Part shown: piece by piece, positions 36,701-43,763 of the stretch
Layout of the letters: each line of letters begins with the position of its first letter
Position numbering within the stretch: the stretch's first letter is position 1
NCBI GenBank assembly: GCA_035604655.1
Contig: DATNHZ010000051.1
Span: 1 to 43,763 of the forward strand
Origin: Steroidobacteraceae bacterium
GTDB taxonomy: Bacteria > Pseudomonadota > Gammaproteobacteria > Steroidobacterales > Steroidobacteraceae
DNA: 43,763 nt
Direction: 5' to 3'
Made by a program: the position numbers and the translations under genes
The notes under the pieces: model-generated
The model's database searches: none
What the model was told of the DNA's origin: nothing
The model's input: only the letters and a program-made list of their open reading frames with translations

Positions 36701-37199
36701 GCGCCACCAATGCCTGCTCGCTCTGGAATGCCACCGTCGAGCTCTTGCCGGCGTGATCGTCGCCGCAGGCCAGCAACACGCCGCCGTAGCGCGAGGTGCC
36801 CATGCGGTTGCCGTGCTTGATCGGGTCGCCCGAGCGGTCGACGCCCGGTCCTTTCCCGTACCAGATCGCGAACACGCCGTCGTACCTGGCCCCCGGCAGC
36901 AGCGGCACCTGCTGCGTGCCCCAGACCGCGGTCGCCGCCAGGTCCTCGTTGACCCCGGGCTCGAAGCGGACGTGGGCCGCGGTCAGCCGCGCCTGTTCGC
37001 GCAGCAACTGCTGGTCGTAGCCGCCGAGCGGTGAGCCGCGGTAACCGCTGATGAAGCCCGCGGTGTTGAGGCCGGCGGCGAGGTCCCGGGCCCGCTGCAT
37101 CAGCGGCAGGCGCACCAGCGCCTGCGTGGCGCTCAGGAACACGCGGCCGCTGTCACGCGTGTACTTGTCGTCGAGGGTGATCTCGGGGTTGGCGCTCAT
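33720..37199 (-). CDS. Indolepyruvate ferredoxin oxidoreductase family protein (fused IorA-IorB)
   Basis: Internal start MSANPEITLDDKYTRDSGRVFLSATQALVRLPL. TPP-binding region GDGTYFHSG, ferredoxin-like CEGCGDC...C cluster, and a length of 1159 aa typical of the fused proteobacterial form. Confidence 0.9.
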   Translation of the reverse strand: MSANPEITLDDKYTRDSGRVFLSATQALVRLPLMQRARDLAAGLNTAGFISGYRGSPLGGYDQQLLREQARLTAAHVRFEPGVNEDLAATAVWGTQQVPLLPGARYDGVFAIWYGKGPGVDRSGDPIKHGNRMGTSRYGGVLLACGDDHAGKSSTVAFQSEQALVAHGVPVLYPATVQEYLDLGLYGFALSRFAGVWVGIKCVNDTVETSATAEVDPARVMITLPVDAAMPPEGVHARFVFDPVGDDQRLQRFKLPAAQAFVRANRLDRITHGGATQGLGIVAAGKSWLDVAQALAALGLDGARAAAVGIAVYKPAMIWPLEPAGLIEFARGRRELFVIEEKAPFLEPQAAHVLYNLPHGERPRLVGKRDETGAPLVPEAVVLESLDIARLIGARLASLGLADQALILRLELLERRLAAVRERKGGLTVRIPYFCSGCPHNSSTRVPEGSLALAGIGCHTMALYMNRNTLQPTHMGGEGVNWVGIAPFTELPHVFQNLGDGTYFHSGLLAIRAAVTAGASITYKILYNDAVAMTGGQAVEGGLSVAEITHQLRAERVARIAVVSDDVAKYGRDPLFAPGTTVHDRSALDALQRELRAVRGVSALIYDQTCAAEKRRRRKRGAYPDPQRRMLINELVCEGCGDCSVQSNCVSIEPQETEFGRKRRIDQSSCNKDYSCATGFCPSFVTVDGGALSKPAPAAIDSQALAALPEPARAQPGAGFAVLIGGIGGTGVVTVGAVLGTAAHLDGLAASVFDMTGLAQKGGAVLSHVKIAASADLIHAPRVGPLEADLVLGCDLVVAASVEVLRALDPGRTTVVLNTELVPTAAFQQNPDVDFRPDDLRAAIEAIAGAAATLAVPATRAALRLLGDTVGSNMFVVGYALQQGLLPVSRGALERALELNGVAVAFNRRALALGRLAAHDPARFAGLLGAAGGAPAPLATTLADIVAVRERFLADYQDASYARRYRSLVDRTAAAQQARVPGRSGLAETVARAYFKLLAYKDEYEVARLYSSESFRAQVAGTFTGGYRLRFNLAPPLLARRDPVTGVPRKREFGPWVLTAFRWLARLRWLRGTPFDPFGRSAERKLERRLIVEYEALVDELLAGLDASRYALATELAGIPEQIRGYGHVKLKHLDRARRCEAELLAQWRKPAPVVDRAA

Positions 37200-37330
37200 G
37201 AGGGGCGAAGGGCGGGTCCTGCTGGGTTCTGCAAGCGTACCTGTTGCCGGTTTGGGCGGGTACCGCCCGCCGGCGTCCCGGCCGCGCGGCCCGTGGACGC
37301 GTCGGGCCGGAACCGGTAACGTCCCCCCCA

Positions 37331-37756
37331 ATGAGCATCTGGTTCCGCCCGGTCGTCCTCGACGAGGTCCGCCAGGTGTTTGAGACGGGCATGGCCGCCC
37401 ATCTCGACATCCGGCTCAAGGGCATCGGCGATGACTGGCTGTCCGGCACGATGCTGGTCGATCACCGTACGCAGCAGCCGATGGGGCTGCTGCACGGCGG
37501 CGCATCGGCCGCACTGGCAGAGACGCTCGGCAGCGTCGCGGCGACCCTGTGCATCGACTACCCGACCGTGCGCGCGATCGGCCAGGAGATCAACAGCAAC
37601 CACATCCGCGCCGTGTCGAGCGGGATCGTGACCGGCATTGCACGACCGATCCACATCGGCCACCGCAGCCAGGTGTGGGGGATCGAGATCCGTAATCCCG
37701 CCGACAAGCTGGTGTGCATCTCGCGGCTGACGATGGCGGTAATCTCGGCGCCCTGA
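37331..37756 (+). CDS. PaaI/YbdB family hotdog-fold thioesterase
   Basis: Internal start MSIWFRP. GLLHGGASAALAETLGS and INSNHIRAV motifs. Divergent from the ior gene. Confidence 0.85.
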   Translation: MSIWFRPVVLDEVRQVFETGMAAHLDIRLKGIGDDWLSGTMLVDHRTQQPMGLLHGGASAALAETLGSVAATLCIDYPTVRAIGQEINSNHIRAVSSGIVTGIARPIHIGHRSQVWGIEIRNPADKLVCISRLTMAVISAP

Positions 37757-37810
37757 CTGCGGGCCGGCGGCCCCGGCGGCTATACTGCCGACCCGCTCCG
37801 GAGTTGCCCG

Positions 37811-38056
37811 ATGCGCCTCCAGCCGCCCACCCGTTCCTCGACGCTCGCGCTCGCCGCATTGTGTAGCGTGCTGCTCGCCGGCTGCGGGCAGAAGGGGCCA
37901 CTGGTGCGGCCAGGCACGCGCGCCGCTGCGCCCGTCGTGATCCGCGCTCCGGCTGGCGCCACGACCGCGCCGGCCGATCCGGGGACCGCACCGGCAGCGC
38001 CCGCGACGCCAGCCAAGAACCCCGACGACGACCCGAACGCACCTGCGCGCCCGTAG
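37811..38056 (+). CDS. lptM: Small lipoprotein, LptM (YifL)-like
   Basis: Signal peptide and lipobox LLAGCGQKGPLVRP match the LptM GCGxKGPLYxP N-terminus (from memory), followed by a Pro/Ala-rich tail. 81 aa. Confidence 0.65.
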   Translation: MRLQPPTRSSTLALAALCSVLLAGCGQKGPLVRPGTRAAAPVVIRAPAGATTAPADPGTAPAAPATPAKNPDDDPNAPARP

Positions 38057-38057
38057 C

Positions 38058-40817
38058 ATGGCCGACGTCCCGCGCCTGTATCTGGTCGACGGCTCCTCGT
38101 ACCTGTATCGCGCGTTTCACGCGTTGCCGCCGTTCAGCAATTCCAAGGGTGAGCCGACGGGCGCGGTGTTCGGCGTACTCAACATGCTGCAGAAGTTCGT
38201 GAAGGACGAACGCCCGACGCACATCGGGATCGTGTTCGACGCGCCGGGACGCACCTTCCGGGACGACCTGTTCGAAGCCTACAAGGCGCACCGGCCGCCG
38301 ATGCCGGACGAGCTGCGCTCGCAGGTCGCGCCGCTCCTCGAGACGGTCGAGGCCCTGGGCCTGCCGCTGCTGCGTGTCCCGGGGGTCGAGGCCGACGATG
38401 TGATCGGCACGCTGGCGCGCCGCGCTGCGGCCGAAGGCATGCAGGTCGTGATCTCGACCGGCGACAAGGACATGGCGCAACTGGTCGACGGCCAGGTCAC
38501 TCTGATCAATACGATGACCGGAACGACGCTCGACCGGGCGGGCGTCAAGGCGCGGTTCGACGTCGACCCCGAGCAGATCGTCGACTACCTGGCGCTCGTC
38601 GGCGATGCCTCGGACAACATCCCGGGCGTGCCGAAGGTCGGGCCCAAGACCGCCGCCAAGTGGCTGAGCAGCTACCGCACGGTCGATGAACTCATCACCC
38701 ACTCAGCCGAGATCGAAGGCAAGGTCGGCGAGAGCCTGCGTGCGAATCTGCCGCAGCTCGAGTTGTCGCGAAAGCTCGCCACGATCCGCTGCGACCTGGC
38801 GCTGCCCGTCGAGCCGGCCGGGCTCGCACCGCGCTCGCCCGACGTCGAGCGGCTCAAGGCGCTGTACCGCAGCTTGGAGTTCAGGAAGCACCTGGAGGCG
38901 CTCGAGGCCGGCACGTCCGGCGAGCAAGCACCCGCCGCGGTGGCTGAGCCGCCGCGTGCAACCGGCGACGGGAAGCCGGACGCGATGCGCGACGCCATCG
39001 CCGCCGCTCCGCGTCACTACGACACCGTCGTCACCGAGCAGCAGCTCGGCAACTGGCTCGAGCGGCTGCGGGCCGCGGAACTGTTTGCATTCGACACCGA
39101 GACCACCGGTCTCGACTACATGACCGCCGAGATCGTCGGGCTGTCCTTCGCGACGGCGCCCGGCGAGGCCGCCTACGTGCCGCTGATGCACGATTATGCG
39201 GGCGCTCCGGAGCAGCTGCCGCGCGAGCACGTGCTGCGGGCGCTGCGGCCGCTGCTCGAGGATCCCACAAGGGCCAAGGTTGGGCATCACGCCAAGTTCG
39301 ATGCGCACATCCTCGAGAACCACGGGATCCGCCTCGCCGGCCTGCGGTTCGACTCAATGCTCGAATCCTACGTGCTCGACAGCGTCGCCACGCGCCACGA
39401 CATGGATTCGGTGGCGGAGCGCTACCTCGGCATCCGCACGATCCACTTCGAGGATGTCGCGGGCAAGGGAGCGAAGCAGCTGACCTTCAACCAGGTACCG
39501 GTCGAGACGGCCGCCGAGTACGCCGCCGAGGACGCCGATGTCACGCTGCGCCTGCACCGCGTCCTGCGCGCGCGGCTCGAACGGGAGCCGCGGCTGCTGC
39601 GGCTTTATGACGAGCTCGAGCAGCCGCTGCAACCTGTATTGCAGCGGATGGAGCGGCGCGGCGTGCTGGTCGACCGCGAGTTCCTGCGCGGGCTCAGCCG
39701 CGAGTTCGCGCAGCGTCTCGGCGAGCTCGAGAAGGCCGCCCACGACGCAGCCGGCGGGCCTTTCAATCTCGAATCCCCGCGGCAGCTGCAGCAGATCCTG
39801 TTCGAGCGGCTGAACATTCCGGTGGTTCGGCGCACGCCGACCGGGCAACCGTCGACCGCCGAGGACGTGCTCGAGGAGCTGGCCGGGAGCCATGCGCTGC
39901 CGAAGCTGATACTCGACTACCGGGTGCTGGCGAAGCTGAAGAGCACCTACACCGACACGTTGCCCGAACAGGTGAGCCCGCGCACCGGCCGCATTCACAC
40001 CTCCTACCATCAGGCTGTCGCCGCGACCGGGCGGCTGTCGTCATCGGATCCGAACCTGCAGAACATTCCGATTCGCACGCAGGAAGGCCGTCGCATCCGT
40101 CAGGCATTCATCGCCCCGCCCGGCCGCGTGCTGCTCGCCGCCGATTACTCGCAGATCGAGCTGCGGATCATGGCGCACCTGTCGGGGGACCCCGGACTGC
40201 TGCGCGCCTTCGCCGAACGGCGCGACGTGCACGAGGCGACGGCGGCCGAGATGTTTGGTCTCGAACCGTCGGCGGTGACGGTCGATCAGCGCCGCGCAGC
40301 GAAGGCGATCAACTTCGGCCTGATGTACGGCATGTCGGCGTTCGGACTCGCCGCGCGGCTCGACATCGACCGCGGCTCCGCGCAGCAGTACATCGAGCGC
40401 TACTTCGAGCGCTATCCGGGCGTGCGTCGCTACATGGATGACACCCGCAGGCTCGCGCGCGAGCAGGGCTATGTCGAGACCGTGGACGGTCGGCGCCTGT
40501 ACCTGCCGGAGATCCGCTCCCGCAACAAGCAGCAGCAGCAGTATGCGGAGCGGGCCGCGATCAATGCTCCGATGCAGGGCACGGCGGCCGACATCATCAA
40601 GCGCGCGATGCTCGCAGTGGATTCCTGGATCGAGAGCGAGCGTGCACCGGCGACACTCGTGATGCAGGTGCACGATGAGCTGGTGCTCGAGGTCGGGGCG
40701 GACGCCGTCGAGGCGGTGCGCCCGCGCATCGTCTCGCTGATGTGTGCCGCGGCGACGCTGCAGGTGCCGCTCGAGGTCGGGGTCGGGGTCGGGGCCAACT
40801 GGGACGAGGCGCACTGA
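38058..40817 (+). CDS. polA: DNA polymerase I
   Basis: 919 aa. 5'-nuclease N-terminus (LYLVDGSSYLYRAFHA), 3'-5' exonuclease (FAFDTETTGLD), polymerase motifs (DYSQIELRI, RRAAKAINFGLMYG, QVHDEL). Confidence 0.98.
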   Translation: MADVPRLYLVDGSSYLYRAFHALPPFSNSKGEPTGAVFGVLNMLQKFVKDERPTHIGIVFDAPGRTFRDDLFEAYKAHRPPMPDELRSQVAPLLETVEALGLPLLRVPGVEADDVIGTLARRAAAEGMQVVISTGDKDMAQLVDGQVTLINTMTGTTLDRAGVKARFDVDPEQIVDYLALVGDASDNIPGVPKVGPKTAAKWLSSYRTVDELITHSAEIEGKVGESLRANLPQLELSRKLATIRCDLALPVEPAGLAPRSPDVERLKALYRSLEFRKHLEALEAGTSGEQAPAAVAEPPRATGDGKPDAMRDAIAAAPRHYDTVVTEQQLGNWLERLRAAELFAFDTETTGLDYMTAEIVGLSFATAPGEAAYVPLMHDYAGAPEQLPREHVLRALRPLLEDPTRAKVGHHAKFDAHILENHGIRLAGLRFDSMLESYVLDSVATRHDMDSVAERYLGIRTIHFEDVAGKGAKQLTFNQVPVETAAEYAAEDADVTLRLHRVLRARLEREPRLLRLYDELEQPLQPVLQRMERRGVLVDREFLRGLSREFAQRLGELEKAAHDAAGGPFNLESPRQLQQILFERLNIPVVRRTPTGQPSTAEDVLEELAGSHALPKLILDYRVLAKLKSTYTDTLPEQVSPRTGRIHTSYHQAVAATGRLSSSDPNLQNIPIRTQEGRRIRQAFIAPPGRVLLAADYSQIELRIMAHLSGDPGLLRAFAERRDVHEATAAEMFGLEPSAVTVDQRRAAKAINFGLMYGMSAFGLAARLDIDRGSAQQYIERYFERYPGVRRYMDDTRRLAREQGYVETVDGRRLYLPEIRSRNKQQQQYAERAAINAPMQGTAADIIKRAMLAVDSWIESERAPATLVMQVHDELVLEVGADAVEAVRPRIVSLMCAAATLQVPLEVGVGVGANWDEAH

Positions 40818-40890
40818 GTTTCGACTGGCCGAGCCGGGGCGCTGCGGCGCTGTCCTCGGTGGACCTTTGACGTTTCTTGACCGGCGCCCC

Positions 40891-40918
40891 GGAACTTTCG
40901 ATCCCGGCCCGGATCCAA
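40891..40918 (+). promoter_or_regulatory. Sigma-E/AlgU-type (ECF) promoter GGAACTT-N16-TCCAA
   Basis: GGAACTT (40891-40897), a 16-nt spacer, then TCCAA (40914-40918). This is close to the RpoE consensus GGAACTT-N16-TCAAA. It lies 74 bp after the polA stop. Confidence 0.45.
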
Positions 40919-40924
40919 TTTGGC

Positions 40925-41036
40925 GAACGTTCCCGGACGTTCCCCGCTGCCCTCCCTGAGCGGGCCCATCACCCGGTTTATCCCCATGCCGGGTTAGTCT
41001 GGCCCGGCGGCACTCAGTGCCGCCGGGCCTTTTTTA
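40925..41036 (+). ncRNA. Candidate ~110-nt small RNA downstream of polA
   Basis: 5' tandem ACGTTCCC x2 (40927-40934, 40937-40944). Hairpin 1: CCCGCT (40943-48) / AGCGGG (40959-64) with loop GCCCUCCCUG. Hairpin 2: ACCCGG (40971-76) / CCGGGT (40989-94) with loop UUUAUCCCCAUG. A perfect 13-bp terminator follows. The only overlapping ORF (40877..41347) has no coding character. The 5' end is inferred. Confidence 0.4.
41001..41035 (+). terminator. Rho-independent terminator
   Basis: GGCCCGGCGGCAC (41001-41013), tca loop, GTGCCGCCGGGCC (41017-41029), then TTTTTTATTTT. Perfect 13-bp stem. Confidence 0.9.
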
Positions 41037-41656
41037 TTTTGCTGTTCAATTGCTTACGCGACGGCGTCTGTCGGCGGGCCGGCAGGCACAACGAAAGCCC
41101 AATGCGGCGTCCGCGACGCCATGAAACGCTCAAGTACCGCGGACTCGGCAATCACGCCGCTTCGCTTCGGAACTTAAGCGTTCGCCGCCTGCACGGCGTC
41201 GGCCCGGCTCGAATGTCGCTCTGCAGGGCCGGCGACGGGCGGCGCGTCGCCCGCGGTCCACGCGAGCCGGCGCATCTCCAGCGTACGTCTGTGCCGGATC
41301 AGTTCAGTGCCGAGTCATCACCACACGCAAGCCAGCGCCGCGAGTAATCACTACGGATGGGCCGCGCGCCCGCCGCGGCATCGTGGAAAACCACTGTTGC
41401 CGATGCCAGGCAGCAGCGCCTCGCACGCCATCGGCTGATCTGCGCACGCTGCTGATCTCGGCCATGCGCGAGGTCCACGCCGGTTCTGCGCATAAGCGAA
41501 TATGCATTGCGAAAATGCGTAGCCCGTGACGCGCGGCGTGATTTCGGGGGCTGCGGTGGGCGCGTATAAAGTTCGAGCGATCAAAGGTTACAGGGCTTGA
41601 TGCGTTGCGGCCTGGCGAGGCCGGCGCGGCGTCTCGACGCAGAATGGGGAATTACA

Positions 41657-43763
<2,107 letters not shown>

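Noticed and set aside
41169-41196. Second GGAACTT hexamer downstream of the sRNA terminator
   Set aside because: The sequence 16 nt downstream is CACGG, which is not a TCNAA-type -10. I treat it as a chance -35-like match.
40877-41347. 156-aa plus-strand ORF covering the polA-downstream region
   Set aside because: It runs straight through a perfect intrinsic terminator with a T run. It has no SD sequence or coding-like composition. I interpret the region as non-coding (sRNA candidate plus regulatory DNA).

Overview
Dense chromosomal segment from a very GC-rich proteobacterium. Gene content and an argF'-type arginine cluster suggest a Xanthomonadales/Nevskiales-like gammaproteobacterium, but that is inference only. 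I support about 39 protein genes and saw no rRNA, tRNA, CRISPR array or mobile element. Left to right: an RND efflux pair (permease cut by the left edge); a SPOR lipoprotein divergent from a bactofilin; a minus-strand housekeeping block (secreted methyltransferase, alpha/beta hydrolase, saccharopine-dehydrogenase-like, PhzF-like, SRAP/YedK, YadGH-like ABC-2 exporter); a divergent FlhD-like/FlhC-like pair; nudC; an NRDE protein; an eight-gene arginine operon argR-argG-X-argC-argD-argF'-argB-argH; a stand-alone AsnC/RAM protein; a minus-strand operon with an FAD oxidase, RDD protein, maiA and the glutathione-dependent formaldehyde genes adhC-gfa-fghA; DUF1684, CPXCG and GIY-YIG-like proteins; a long acyl-CoA dehydrogenase and a fused indolepyruvate:ferredoxin oxidoreductase; PaaI thioesterase, lptM and polA; and a lipoprotein MtrC/OmcA-type multihaem cytochrome cut by the right edge. 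Both edge-truncated genes are missing from the supplied ORF track, which shows long antisense shadow ORFs in their place. Best leads: (1) an uncharacterised P-loop protein translationally coupled inside the arg operon, which lacks argA/argJ and argE, next to an ArgF' with Ala at the acetyl/succinyl specificity position; (2) a consensus sigma-54 promoter with upstream palindrome and AT-rich bend site driving a ~75-nt terminator-ended transcript upstream of the RND operon; (3) a sigma-E-type promoter plus three-hairpin sRNA candidate just downstream of polA; (4) the FlhC-like regulator paired with a tandem-FlhD-like protein. All homology calls are by-eye motif recognition. Reference sequences (E. 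coli FlhD/FlhC, X. campestris AOTCase, E. coli LptM) are recalled from memory, and no searches were run.
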